Shown: piece after piece, positions 1-13,960 of the stretch
Layout: every line of letters begins with the position of its first letter
Position numbering within the stretch: position 1 is the stretch's first letter
Assembly (NCBI RefSeq): GCF_001194135.2
Contig: NC_068985.1
Span: 436,626 to 500,625 of the forward strand
Reading direction: 5' to 3'
DNA length: 64,000 nucleotides
DNA from: Octopus bimaculoides
Lineage: Eukaryota
Notes under the pieces: generated by a model
Database searches by the model: none
What the model saw: the letters and a program-made list of their open reading frames with translations, nothing else
Told to the model about the DNA's origin: nothing
Translations under genes and position numbers: made by a program

Positions 1-1849
1 CCCATCATATGCAACCCTACCTTAATCACTGCATTAACCCCCTACCTCAACTTGTTTACTCCTTCACATTAACATGCAAAAAGCATCCAGTACATTCTGT
101 AAAGTGATTGCCATGGCTGGAAGAGCATCCAGCCTCAGAAACCATGCCAAAGACAACAGCCTTTGTGGCTCAACACAGCCTTGCAGCTTGCTAGTCCAAA
201 CTGTCAAACTGTCCAATCCATGCCAGCATGAAAAACAGACATTAAATCATGATGATGATGGTGATGATGATGATGATGATGATGGTGATATATACGTATG
301 TATGTATCAATTAGTGAATGACCAAAATTAGGAATTACACAATCACTTTTACTCGCTTACAGCTATAAGGAAGAAACTTGCATCTAAAGATGAATGCCTG
401 TATGGTGCTTTATAGCCCCTCAGAGCCATTTAAATGAAGTGTATGATTATTGCAGAAAACATTTAAAGAGATAGAATTGGTTAAAGGTAGAACCTTGGTA
501 AATTAGTTTCTTATTTTGTCTGCTAAATTTTCTCAATATGATCTTTACAAGAGAAGCATCACAACAGAAATGAAAAATAAAACAAATCTGGGGTTTTACA
601 TATAATCCATTATTCCTTTTCCTCATCAATTATATATATATATATATATCTAATATACAAAACAGAGATGTCTGTGTATTCGCTTTTCACGTGAAATCGA
701 CTTCACCTAATGCTTCCATACTTGTGATGCATGAATAATTTGACCTCGGATAAATGTTAGGCTCTTCATTTGATTTTTTTTATTAAAAATAAATAATATT
801 GCTTTATATTTAAGATTCACTTCTTTTAAAAGGTTCCTCAATGTCAACTTCCGGTATTGACATAACAACGGCAAAAAGCTTCTCTCTCTAGCTTCGCAAA
901 ATTCTCCCCCCCTCTCTCTCTCTCTCATTCTCACAACACACACGTGCGCGTGCACACACACACGTGCGTGTGCACACACACACGTGTGTCTTTGTAAATA
1001 TGTTTGTATACATTTATGTATGTGTGTGTTTGTAACAGACAGAGTGTGAGTGAGAGAGAGAGGTTTGTTGTCATATGCATCCATCATTTTTGGATGTATG
1101 TGTGCGTGTGTGTGTGTGTGAGACAGAGTGAGAGAGCGGTGTGTATGTAGTATTTACTCTCTCTCTCTCTCTCATACACACGCACACACACACACTCACA
1201 CACAAAGATGTATGCATATTTATGCATGTACGTATACATGACAACAAACCTCTCTCTCTCACTCTCTCTCTCACTCTCTCTCTTTCTCTGTCACACACAC
1301 ACACGTCCATTTCATCTGATGTGTAATACTCTGTGTGTGCGTGCGTGCGTCTGTGCCTGCGTGGGGGGTTCCACAATCGCCATTTATTTCAATTACTCTT
1401 GTCTACAATTAAGGCTTCTATTTCTTTATGCCAGTTACCATCTAATGATACTGAGTAGGGAGTCAGTTTTTCAGAGTTGCATCATGGCTATACGATATAA
1501 CGTCGGATAAATATAATAATAACAATAATTCTACGATGGAATTTATACATATTTAATACTTCACTATGCACATTTCCACAAATCACATGATTTTGGCACC
1601 AAAGTCCATATCCTTGGGATTAGTACACTATAATCCATATTATCTATGGGCATCTGACTGATCACCATCATTGATTCATTTCAAATATATATATATATCA
1701 TCATCATCATTTAACATCTGCTATCCATGCTGGCATGCATTAGACAGATATATATATATAAATATGTGTGTATGTGTATGTGTGTACGCGTGTGTGCATG
1801 CATGTGTGTGTGCGTTGATGTATTGACCAATTGAATCACCTGAAATACT

Positions 1850-2464
1850 TGCAGAGTTTTCAGTCTGCCAAAGCACAACTTGTCAATCTTAGACAAGATG
1901 GAATCATGTATATTGATAGATTTGCATATCCTGGAAGCTGCATTTCCAGTGAAACGAGGGTGATGCCGAAGTTGAAGACAAGCTAAGGATAGGCAAAACA
2001 ATATCAGCACTCCAATGCCTTCTTCGAATATGGTGATCAAAGACCACCAGAAAGAAGCTATACTCAGTGATTGTTTTACCAATAACCATCTATATTTGTG
2101 AAACCTGGAAGAAGACAGAGAAGATCGCTCAATTGTTGGACTTGTTCCATTGACACTGGTCAGAATATAGTGAGAAATAAAGAGCTGGCATGGGGAGTTG
2201 GCAGGATATGGGGGCCAAGCAGGGGACATGGTTTACTGGCCATGTGCTTTGATTACCACAGGAGAAACACCCTACCATTGTGATGATGTGGATGCGAGAA
2301 GGAGGTAAACGGCTGAGAGAAAGACCCAGATATGGTGTGGTATGGTCTGGGAGGACATAATAGCAATGGGAATCAGCCTGAGTGGAGCTAGTAGAAAACT
2401 GAGTAATCAACATATTTGGAGATTTGTTGCCCATTGTGCAAACAGCATGGGAGGATCTAAGAGC

Positions 2465-2468
<4 letters not shown>
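1850..2468 (+). mobile_element. RTE-clade LINE 3' fragment
   Basis: Degenerate RT thumb and C-terminus: IDRFAYPGSCISSE, IGKTISALQCL, IVLPITIYICETWKKT, and an RERPRYG end motif. Confidence 0.8.
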
Positions 2469-2510
<42 letters not shown>

Positions 2511-4546
2511 AACAGAAACAAATGGCTAGCTCAAAATGTCACTACATGCAGACCAGTAGAACAAAGAAAAGACATAGAAAGAGAAAAGAAAAAATATATG
2601 CCTAGACTCATGTATATGTGTGTGTGTGTGCGCACACACACACAAATATATATTAGTTTCTTTCTAGGGTTTTTCACTCTCAAATCCTCCAAATTGTATT
2701 AACGTTAGCAAAACAACCCCCCCCCCCCCATTATGTCTCCTCATAACTTTCTGAAGAATGGATATTTTTTGTAATGAAATTTTCTACAAATACATTCCAG
2801 ATGGTGTAGATTGCAATTTTATCAGAATGTTTTATGAAAAACTTTAGGATGGATGGGTGGGGGGAAAGATTTGGATAATTCAAATGCCTTGACTTTGTTT
2901 CCTCATAAGTTTCAGAAAATGGGTATTTTTTAAAGAAATTTTTTACAAATATCTCCCATCACGGAATTCATTTGGAAATTATGTTAGATATATTTTTGTT
3001 GAGATTCTTGAATTGAATTTTTACAATATTCCTTTTCAAAGATAAAATAAACCAGCATCTAGTGGGCTAATTTGATAAATATTTGATGAGTATTAAAACA
3101 TGGTTTGATGTAGAGAATATGTAAGCAGTTCGTTAACATTCCCAATTAAATATTGCTGTAAAAACCAAAAGAATAGCACTGTTTCTACTAATTACCAATA
3201 AAGATAATTGCTAAATTATCATTTTCTGTTTCTGATCTGCTTAGGAAGCTTAAATGATTATTGATGGAGTACAAATATGAACTGAAGTAGATGTAATATG
3301 TTAATACTTGGCAATTTTAGTTGCAGACACCCAAAATAAATGCCATACACGAATCCACAGTACACAGAGAGATAATGAAATTACCATTGGTTTAAAAACC
3401 ATTATGTTCAACAGAATCAGTTTTGAATCTAAACAGAGTCAGACATCTTTACAAACATTGATTAACAACATCCATTTGCATGCTCTGAAAGGCTTTAAAC
3501 TTTTGCAAAATGCTTTATATATAATACAATACATAACACATCACTTTGTCTGCATTCAGCATCTTCGCTCAGCTGGTAATTATTCTTTTGCATAATGATT
3601 GAGGTTTAATTTTACCAAAAGTGAAGATAATTAGTTTTCTGGTACTAAATATGGGAAAATTTTGTTGAAAATATGACTGGCATAACAAGATCCAGAACGT
3701 TGTAGAAGCTTTTAAGGTTTTTTTTTTTCTCTAGAATCGCAACATTCTAATAAACCAATCCTTTCTACATTTAATCTCAAAAACAATCTATAACAATCCA
3801 AATAACAATATCCAAGATATTCCTATCTTCCAATCTAAATAGACATTACCTATCTTTTTTGGATTAAAAGAGAAAAAATTTCAAACTCTTATGATAAAAA
3901 ATATTTTTAAGATACAAAAATGCAGGATCACAGGTATAACCACACAACAACTGATGAAATGCAGTTCACACCAGAGAGCACAGCACTGTGCACACAACTA
4001 TTCATCATTTGACCATTACAGAATAGAACTGACTAAATAAACACCAGCAGTGTCTGACGTTGTCACAAAGTCACAATATATAAACATTAGTTATATCAGT
4101 TGTAAAATAAGATATTTTGATTCCAAATATATATAAGTGATGCACAACACAGTACAATTGTGTTAGAATCTTGCGAGAGAAGAGTAAGAAAAATAGTAAA
4201 AATAAAGAGCAAGCATTAATCACAGTAGAAATAGTTACAAACATGGAACAATTATAAAGCATTCATGCTTGTGAATAAAATATCGGAGAATGAAATAAGA
4301 AAACAAAAAAGTAAATATAAGAGAAAAAAAGCAAATGACGACAAAAAAAAAAAAATCAAGCTATGAAGAAAACACATGAGGATTTTGACAGTCTGAAAGA
4401 CAAAGAGTTGTTAATCTTGTAAGATGGTAATTGCATAAAAACAGGACGGATGTTTTTGTAAATAATTCCCTGTTGGTGTAAATTGCATAGTTTCAACAAC
4501 TGTTTCTCTCTTCCCTGAGACTTTAGCCAGTGGGCATTTCCTAAGC

Positions 4547-4642
4547 TTAAGGATAGAGACTGGCTTGTTTGTAGGACTGGCCTGGTGGCATTATAGTGTA
4601 ACTAGAATGACAAGGAAATTGAGTGGCTGCTGGTGAGCTGGA
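4547..4642 (-). CDS. Candidate terminal coding exon (SSSPAATQFPCHSSYTIMPPGQSYKQASLYP*)
   Basis: Tandem acceptors tttattttatagtcctgctag, protein-like composition, followed by long non-repetitive UTR-like sequence (~3000-4500). Confidence 0.25.
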   Translation of the reverse strand, partial: SSSPAATQFPCHSSYTIMPPGQSYKQASLYP

Positions 4643-4887
4643 CTAGCAGGACTATAAAATAAATGATGGGGAAAGCAGCAGTCAAAGTGCGGAACTACAA
4701 TGATGATCACAATGATGATGATGATGAAATTCACCAAGGAAAATGAGAAGTAGCAGGCAAGTAATCAAACAAAAGATCTTCATAACAAAAAAAAAAAACA
4801 AAAAAAAAATTAAAAGAGAGATTAACAAAGGAAAGGAAATTTCCATCAATATCACTGAGGTATATATTATTGCTGCTACTACTACTG

Positions 4888-5013
4888 CTGCTGCCGCTGC
4901 TGCCGCTGCTGCCGCTGCTGCCGCTGCTGCCGCTGCTGCCGCTGCTGCCGCTGCTGCCGCTGCTGCCGCTGCTGCCGCTGCTGCCGCTGCTGCCGCTGCT
5001 GCCGCTGCTGCCG
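4888..5013. repeat. Perfect 9-mer tandem repeat (CTGCTGCCG)14
   Basis: Read directly from the sequence. It explains the poly-Ala and LLP ORFs in the track. Confidence 0.95.
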
Positions 5014-5170
5014 CTGCTACTGCTTGGTGTTGTGGAAGTTGTAACAGTAATAACATTAAGTGATATGGGTGGGGCAATAATATGAAAGAAAGTGATGGTA
5101 TAAGGGGAATTACTGATAATGTCTGGAACCTCAAAGTGACAGTGGTAATAATGATAATGATAATAATAAT

Positions 5171-5385
5171 CTTTTCTACTATAAACACAAGGCCTGAAAT
5201 TTTGGAGGAGGGAACTATCGATTACATCGACCCCAGAATTTCACTGGTACTTTATTTATCGACCCTGAAAGGATGAAAGGCAAAGTCAACCCCAACAGCA
5301 TTTGAACTCAGAAAGCAAAGTCAAATGAAATACCACTAAGCATTTTTGCTGGTGTGCTAACAATTCTGCTAGTTTACCACCTTAA
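5171..5385 (-). mobile_element. Second tRNA-headed SINE family
   Basis: Reverse complement AAGGTGGTAAACTAGCAGAATTGTTAGC...GAGTTCAAAT...GCCTTTCATCCTTTCAGGGTCGATAAATAAAGTACCAG. The central block resembles a conserved MetaSINE-like domain (recalled, unverified). Further copies at ~8945-9085, 26440-26560, 43240-43440, 43490-43700, 53750-53960 and 53990-54150. Confidence 0.75.
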
Positions 5386-5400
5386 TATAATAATAATAAT

Positions 5401-6185
5401 CAAATTAAAAGAACAGGGAACAACATGGAGGTGGCTTAACAAGGGTGCCCTAAAAAAGAATACTGAAAGCCTAATCATCACTGCCCAGGAACAGGCATTG
5501 AAAAAGAATATATATATCACACAAGTGCATCGGACCTGTGCAGAATGTGTGGGAAGAGGGTTGAAAGTGTGACTCACATTGTTAGAGCTTGTGAGAGTCT
5601 TGTGCAGAAAGGGTACAAGTGTAGACACAACAAAGTAGCCCAAAACCTCCACTGGTTACTATGCCATAAGTATGGATATGAGGTTACAGGTGCTTGGTAC
5701 CAACATACCCCGGAAAAGGTAATGGATGAAAAGGGGAAGGCAAAAATCCTCTGGGACTTTGACTTCCAGACAGACAAGGTATTAGAGTACCGGAGACTGG
5801 ATATAGTAACCATTAGGAGGAACAAACAAGAGTGCCTAATAATCGACGTGGCAGTGTCAGGAGATCAACATATCATCATGAAAGTAAAAGTTGATAAATA
5901 TGGCGACCTGAGAATTGAGATGGCTAAGATGTGGCAGCTACGGGAGTCATTGGAGCATTGGGTTCAATACCACCCAATCTCAAAAAAAAACATCTGAAAA
6001 CTTTAGAAATACCCTACAATCTAGGTGTATTGCAAAAGTCGGCATTACTTGGAACTGCACGCATATTGCATAAAGAACTGTCTGTCTGAGGTCCTTGTTG
6101 TGACTTGATAAGACAGTACAAAACCCCGGTAGACACAATATCTTTAATCAACAGCCTCACGATATTGTGTACTGTGCGATGTCTA
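5401..6185 (+). mobile_element. 5'-truncated R4/Dong-type non-LTR retrotransposon (zinc knuckle plus restriction-like endonuclease, 3' UTR)
   Basis: CRMCGKRVESVTHIVRAC (Cx2Cx8Hx4C), RRLDIVTI...CLIIDVAV, KVDKY. Flanked by (TAA)n on both sides. Confidence 0.85.
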
Positions 6186-7398
6186 TAATAATAATAATAA
6201 GAAGAAGAACAATGATAACAGCAGCAACAGCAGCAGTNNNNNNNNNNTGTATTGCAAAAGTCGGCATTACTTGGAACTGCACGCATATTGCATAAAGAAC
6301 TGTCTGTCTGAGGTCCTTGTTGTGACTTGATAAGACAGTACAAAACCCCGGTAGACACAATATCTTTAATCAACAGCCTCACAATATTGTGTACTGTGCG
6401 ATGTCTATAATAATAATAAGAAGAAGAACAATGATAACAGCAGCAACAGCAGCAGTAGTAAGGTTTAGTTGTATCAACAATAATAATGAGTAATTCTGAA
6501 GATGATAGTAAGACTAGTAGCAGCAATGGGTGAAGTGTAGAAGAGCAGCTGTCAACGGACTGAAACCACAGCACAGTTCATTGAATATTTCATCATTACT
6601 GATACACATGGTGTTGGGCATCAATATCACCACATCTCAACTGCAATTTTGTCATGATGACCAGCATCATCATCATTTTCATCATAAGCAGCAGCAGTAG
6701 CAGTAGTAGCAGCAGCAGCTGCAAGGAAGCGAAAGTAAAAAGAGAGAAAAAGAAAGAGAAAAGAGAGGTTGTCAGTGATGTGGTGCTTTCTCTGTCCTCT
6801 TCACAACTTAGCAAGGGTTGAGCAAAATAATTGATAGACATCTAAAATGAAATGGAAACGTATTTGGAATGAAGAAGAGAGAGAATACGAGGTTTGAGGC
6901 AACTGGGTTCAGAGCCAACTAAAAGAGGGGGGTGCCTGGCAAAACAGAAACAAAATAAGAGAAACAACATATGAGTGGTATTAGAAGGACATGAACGACT
7001 ACTGCTGCTGTTTCTGCTGCACATGCATAAATGTGAGAGAGAGAGAGAGAGCGGCGGGTGGTGGGGGAGTGAAGTAGGAGAGAAAGGAGATATATAGGGG
7101 TAACTTATTAAGTGGTACATTCATTTCTAATATCAACCAATGGTCAGATGGAAAACTTGTAGAAATAGATACAGACTATGTCTAAGAAATGGATTACTCC
7201 TTAACGTAGGGTTGACATAAAAAGGATCAACAAGTGAACAAGTTTTAGTTTTCACACCTCAACAATTATAACTTCGAGTTAACCATTTGAATTATGAAAG
7301 ATGCCTTCTAAAAGAAAATAGCAACAACAAGGGAAATATCAAAAGAAAGATGGTAATATGCAGATAATCAAAATTAGGGGGAAACTAAATCAATTAAT

Positions 7399-7770
7399 AG
7401 GTGCAGGCATGACTGTGTGATAAGAAGCTTGCTTCCCAACCACATGATTCTGGGTTCAGTCCCACTGCTTGGCACCTTGGGCAAGCGTCTTTTACTATAG
7501 CCTTGGGTCAACCAAAGCCTTGTGAGTGGATTTGGTAGACGGAAACTGAAAGAAGCCCATTGTATATGTGTGTGTATGTGTGTTTGTCCCACCACCATTG
7601 CTTGACAACTGATACTGGTGTATTTATGTTCTCGTAACTAAGTGGTTTGGCAAAAGAGTAAGTACTAGGCTTACAAAGAATAAGTTCAGGGGTTGATTTG
7701 TTTGACTAAAGGCGGTGCTACAGCATGGCCACAGTTAAATGACTGAAACAAGTAAAAGAATAAAAGAATT
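7399..7770 (+). mobile_element. tRNA-headed CORE-like SINE (octopus OR-type)
   Basis: B-box GGGTTCAGTCCC, CORE-like GGCACCTTGGGCAAG, internal (GT)n linker, tail GACTGAAACAAGTAAAAGAATAAAAGAAT. Confidence 0.8.
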
Positions 7771-8324
7771 TTGAGCAATTTCTCTTTCACTCTAAAAGGA
7801 ATAAATAAAAGAATATAAAGCAATGGTTTGTAAGTGTGTTTTACATTAAAAAAAAATAAATTACCCAAAAGGCTACAAGAAGGAGTCTGTAAGAATATAG
7901 ATTAATACGAGTTACTTAATTTATGTGTTTGTAACCTTTAGACAGTTTGTAATCACAGAAATCTATGAATCAAAAGGAAGCTGAATAAACAACTCAAAGA
8001 ATTCTTTTAATGTTATAAATATTAAAAAAAAAGCAGACAAAATATTCTTTATTTTGTCTTTTGTTATTTCTTTATCAAAATGACTTTGACTTAAACTACC
8101 AAAAAAGAATTGTTATTCTTCTCTAAAAACAAACATTTACAAAATCGGTTTTATTTTTGCGATTTCATGTGATTTTTAAAAGTAGAAATTAAATGTGTTA
8201 ATGAATGAATTACATTGATTTCTTGTTTTTTAGCTTTTATTTTTCTGCTATGTTTTTAATTTTAAAAAAGAAAAAGTTAAAAATGAACATTGTATTTTAC
8301 TAGCAGAGAAACATTATTGTTTAC

Positions 8325-8339
8325 CTTCAGTGGTGGGAA
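8325..8339 (-). CDS. Candidate 15-nt microexon (x-PTTE-x)
   Basis: Acceptor tttttcattttttactccaag, exon TTCCCACCACTGAAG, donor GTAAAC. Frame-preserving. Confidence 0.25.
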
Positions 8340-8518
8340 CTTGGAGTAAAAAATGAAAAACTATTAATTATATCCACAAATATGCATTTAAGAAGCTTAC
8401 ATCACAACAAAGTGTGGCACATGGAGAAGTGTCTTTCTTCTATAGCATTGGGTTAATACTATGCAAGTGGAATTTAGTAGATGGAAATTGTACAGGAACT
8501 CATAATTTATATATGTAT

Positions 8519-8565
<47 letters not shown>

Positions 8566-9829
8566 TGCTCATGCTTTAATCTCACTTAAAACTGGTATCT
8601 CCAAAAAAGATCAATGCATATTCTTCATTACAAATATTATTTTAATTAATTGCTTCACTATATTAATTAATTTAGTCTCTACTTAATATCTTTATGTAGA
8701 CATTGCTCTTGGGAAATTTTCCATAACGTTATTTTAAATTGCTTAATCAGCAAATGTTTTTTTCAGCTAAAACCATATATCTTCTCAGAGTCACTGTATG
8801 ACCTAGGAAGTATGAGAAAGACTAGGCTTCACTGAAGTGGTCTAATACAGTTGGAACAAGTCCACAGTTAGCATTGAACTTGACAAAAATCAAAATCTCT
8901 TTACACTGGAAGCCACACCCTCTTTTTTGACAACAATTATTCTTTTCTACTCTAGGCACAAAGCCCGAATTTTTTTGGGGGAGGGGCCAGTCGATTAGAT
9001 TGACCCCAGTAAGTGACTGGTACTTAATTTACTGCTAAGCATTTCGCCTGGCATGCTAGCGTTTCTGTCAGCTCACCTCCTTCGTGACAACAATTATTAT
9101 TTAACTTAATGAACTTTTTTTTCTATTCATTACATGTGTAATTTAAACTAATTGAAACTGTTTTTGCCCCCTTCATACAGTACATTAGCTGCCACTATAC
9201 CTCACACACACACACGACTAACTGTGATAACCCAGTTATTTGGGCGAACACTTTTGTTAGATTTCAGCTTTTGTGTTGCGTGGAACACCATTTTGCTTTC
9301 CTGGCTCTTTCTTATTCTAGATGTGATTGTATGTTGTAGATATTTATATTAATCATTATTAATTCCCTTTTATATAAATCTCATTCTGCTTCATATATTG
9401 CAAAAATTCTACTTTCATTTCTAAATCTTTGTTGCCTGGCAACATTCTGAACATAGAGAAAAGTTGGTCCTGTGAGCAGAACTAATCTGCCAATGTCTGA
9501 GCTACTCTCAAAAAATGCCATTTTTTCTTTCCTTTAATTCTAATTAATTTTGATATAATCGAATAAAAAATATTACAATTTTCAAATACAAATATTCTGT
9601 TTTTCTATTTAAAACATTTTTATAATTATATAAGTTGATTTTGTTTCTATGTGTAATAAAACCCAAACTGTCATCTCTTTCATATTTTCTCTCGTTTCAC
9701 ACAAATTTCTGCTTCTTTTGACATTGGTATACATGTTAGTCTGCATTACTTAGTCTTTTCATCTCTTTCTTTCTATACTGTTACACATATTTTGTTATCA
9801 CCATCTAAATTCAAAAAAATACTACGTTC

Positions 9830-9861
<32 letters not shown>

Positions 9862-11864
9862 TTATCTACATGCATATTTATATATATATATATATATATA
9901 TGGTGGTGGTGATGATGATGATGATATTATAATATATATATAATAATAAACATATCACATGAACTTTCATAGCATTATATATGTAGGAAAAAGTGAAATG
10001 TATTAAAGCAACAACGTATGAGAAGTATTGTCTTCGAGAGGTATTTATGGCAAAATTTGGAGTAATAAAGCAAATGGATATTTCATGAAAATATCACACC
10101 ATGACCAAACTGAATAACAAAAAAAAAAACCAGAAATAAAGATGAGTTTCTCAATGTTCAAATATAGTGAGTAAAATTTCTCATTATTTAAGGTACCAGA
10201 AAAACAATACAGGAAAAACAGCCAACTATTTATTTATCTGTGTGTGTATGTGGTGGTGGTGGTGGGTGAGTGTTAGGGAGGGCATCCAACTGTAAAAACC
10301 AGGCCAAAACAGACAGAAGCATGGCACAGGCTCCTGCTTGGCCAGCTCCTGTCAAACCGTCCAACCCATACCAGCACGGAAGGAGGACGTTAAACAGAGA
10401 TGATGATTATGTATATGTATTTATGTATGTACACACACATATGTACATATGTATGTATGTGTGTATGTAAGTATAAGCCATAATTATTTATTCTCAATAA
10501 GTTCTGACAAATTCAAACATGGATATCTGATTGCTGTTGTTTTTGTTATTGAAGTGGAGATCCGTTGCTCCCTTTCGCTGATCGAGGTTCATAACCTACA
10601 ATCTATCAATGAGGGAACTAACTTAAAGACACTCGAGATACTCCAGTCTTTTGACCTTATTTTGTGCATCCTTAGTCAAAGCTGCTCTTGACTAATGAAT
10701 TTAAGAAAGATAGTCTCTTATTTATAGAAATAAGCAAACAAATTATTTGTTTAAGGGTACAGATGTTGGTCAAACAACTAATAATTCATTATAAATATAT
10801 TCATGCAGATTCGAATGCGAATATGTGATTGCTGTAGTTTTACATCATCCTATTGAGAATGAACAGATGCATTATTGTTGGGATTTTCATTGTTTTATTT
10901 GCAACTCCTGAATTATTACCCAGAAACTCTTCCCCTATTAGTTGGAAGTCACTAAGAAACTGGAAGTCTTGTTTATCAATTCTAATAAAACTAACAATCT
11001 ATACCAAAGAGATTGCAAATTTTACATCAATTTCATCTATTCCTGGGAGAGCAGAGTCCTCAGGTATCCTATCAAAAGTAACCATCATTATATTTCCATC
11101 ATTATATTCCCAAGCACAACCAATCAAGATATGAATATTATCCAACCATCTCTTTATTGGTTTACCCCTAAGTTGACCACCAGCAGACTTCCGAGTCTAT
11201 CCAACATCATTCTAATCCCATGTTCATAGTACAGGATGTGTGACCTCTTGATGGCAAGAAGTAGTGGTTGAACCTGGGGAGACCTCTTGATTTAGCCATG
11301 CACTTTACCAAATAGCATTATTTAGGAGCTCTAAAGGTGTGACTTTTCACCAAGGAAAATTCCACAGAAAAGTGTTTTTCCCAGTCCTGTATCTCTCCCC
11401 TCTTTTCACTCTCTTGTGCTCTCACACCCTTTCTACTCCTGATTCTATCTCTCTCCTCATTTTTCTACCCTTTCTCTCAATATTTGTCTTCTATTCTTCT
11501 CTCCTTCATTTTCACCCTCTTTAGACTTGTGTGAAGGAAAGTTTGTGCATCAACTTCAGATGCATGTCTGAGTGAGGAGTGCATATATGCATACAGAAGT
11601 GTGCTTGCTTGCAAAAGCATGAACAATGTACATGTGTGTGGGTATGCCTATGTGTCTTTGTACATTTATGCATCTGTTTACAAATATGTATGTGTGTGTG
11701 AGAGAGAAAGAGTTGCCGTGAATATTAGAAGGCCGCTTAGAGAAGGCAAAGAGGATGACAATCTAAGTTAAACCTGAATATTGCTCTTTAGTTTCATTTT
11801 CTTGCCTCCATATTCTTTTTTGCAGATGTTGCTGGTGACTTCCAGCCCTGTATAATGTTTAAAT

Positions 11865-12280
11865 GTTATGTTTGGCTAAGACATTTGCTTCCCAATCACA
11901 CGGTTCCAGGTTCAGATCCACTGTGAGTTACCTCAGGCAAGTGTCTTCTACAATAGCCCTGGGCCATGCAAAGCTTTGTGAGCAGATTTTATAGACAGAA
12001 ACTGAATGTATGTGTGTGTATGTTTGTGTGTGTGCATGCATACGTGCATGGATGCATGCGTGTGTGTGTGTCTTTGTATTTGTCCCCACCACTCTGCTTG
12101 ACAACTAATGCTGGTTTGTTTACATATCCATAACTTAGCAGTTTGGCAAAAGGGACTGATAGAATCAGTACCAGGCTTAAAGCTAACTATTGAGGGCAAT
12201 TTCCTTGACCAAACCCTTCAAGCTGATGCCCCAGCATGGCCACATTCTAATGACTGAAACAAATAAAGGAGAAAAATAAG
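11865..12280 (+). mobile_element. CORE-like SINE, same family as 7399-7770
   Basis: Colinear similarity to 7399-7770. Other partial copies at ~14200-14390(-), 17040-17095(-), 38689-38960(-), 44050-44130(-), 56630-56800(+) and 63378-63530(-). Confidence 0.75.
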
Positions 12281-13914
12281 AACCAACATGGGAAGATTAG
12301 TTTGATGATGATGATGCTGATGGAAAATCTCAAATGGCTCCGCTTTTGTAACTGACAGAAGTCTTTATAGCCTGAAGGTCGAATGAATTTAGAATTTATT
12401 TCTGTTTCCTGGTATATAAAATGGTGCTGTTATCTTGGACTTATCAATCAAAGATCACTATATTCACATGTGTACATCTGTCTACTTGTTTGTCTATCTA
12501 TATCTATCTATCTCACTCTTTCTCTCTTTCTCTATCTATCTATCTGTCTATCTATCTACACACACACAGAGGTATAAAACCTACTTTTATATTTGTGATG
12601 GATGATACTCAGATAAAACATGAAACATAGTACAAGGTACAAGAAATTATTTATTATTAGAAGGATATGGGAAAATTAGGATGCTATTGTGGCTTTTGAT
12701 TGACTGATGGAGAATAATTGAAAAATAAAAAAGAAGCAATAAAAGAATTTAAAAAAAAGAATGGCTTTGATTAAAGATAAAAAGAAAATTAGAAATATTA
12801 CAGGTGGAAGATAATATATATGAAAATATGTAAAAAAAAAAAAAAAAAAGGCAGCAAGTCAGATTTTGGATATATGAGAGGGGAGAAGTTACTTTACACC
12901 TATACTTCTGCTGAGGAGCAGCAGTGACCAGAAGCAGAGAAACAATTACCTCACCTAGGAACAGAATTATCAAATGCTAAATGATAGTGATGATACATGC
13001 ATACTAATATATATACAATCACACATTTACAAAAAAGGGACAAGAGATACATGATGTTAGAATGGGGACATTAAAAAGAATTTCTCATTAGAGTTATTTG
13101 TGCTTAAATTTAATGTGACATCTAGAAAGTTTACAGTCAAAAGGTTACTGTGCTAACTGTATTATTTTAGGTAAATCATCCAAAAATATTCAGCTGCGTG
13201 TCCCTCAATAGACACTTTTAAAAACCATATAAATGTGAAACCGATTAAGTGGACTAATATTAACATAAATAAATCTTTTGATACACTCTGTACATTTTCA
13301 ATTTCATTTGGTTCCTTAACAACTTGCGGCACTGATTAGTGGCTATTTTTGATTTATATATAAGTCAATTCAAACAAACAATTCAAATAAATGCAAACAA
13401 CAAAAAAATTTAAAAAAACAGACATGAGGATGTACACAAGAAATCTATTAGCTTGATGCTCAGTGAAAAGGGAGAGTTTGATGTTTTGAGCATAGCTCTT
13501 TGTCGGGAAGGAGAAAAGGAATAGTCCAAAGATGTAAAAGAAATCACGGCACTCTTGCAGTTACATTGCTGAAGTGACCAGAAGTGGTTTTCTAGGAGAG
13601 GAGAGTGCAAAGATGGTCATTATGCATGTGTGGTGGTAAGTGTATGCATGTGTTTGTACGAGTTGTCTGTGCATGCGTGTGTGGTAGGATCTGTGTATGT
13701 GTGTGTATGTGTTAGTGTGAGTAGTATGTGTGTGGTAGTATTGGTGCACGTGTTTGTGTCACTCCATGAGCAGGGCAGTAGCAGGTCATTGTGTGTGAGT
13801 GGGTGGGCGTGGCTGTGTGTGTGCGTACATGTGATTGTATGTGTGCATATGACAGGTGCATGTGTGTGTGTGTGTCTCTCTCTCTCTTTCTATATATATG
13901 TATGTGTGAGAGTA

Positions 13915-13960
<46 letters not shown>

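Noticed and set aside
4682-5188. Poly-alanine ORFs on both strands
   Set aside because: Produced by the 9-mer repeat. The flanking translation is low-complexity and not protein-like.
6026-6456. Apparent 210-bp tandem duplication of the Dong 3' end
   Set aside because: The near-identical copies are separated by exactly a 10-N gap. Most likely an unmerged contig or haplotype overlap, i.e. an assembly artefact.
7399-7470. Possible tRNA genes at SINE heads (also 62871-62935 and 56630-56700)
   Set aside because: No complete cloverleaf or acceptor stem, and each is continuous with a SINE body.
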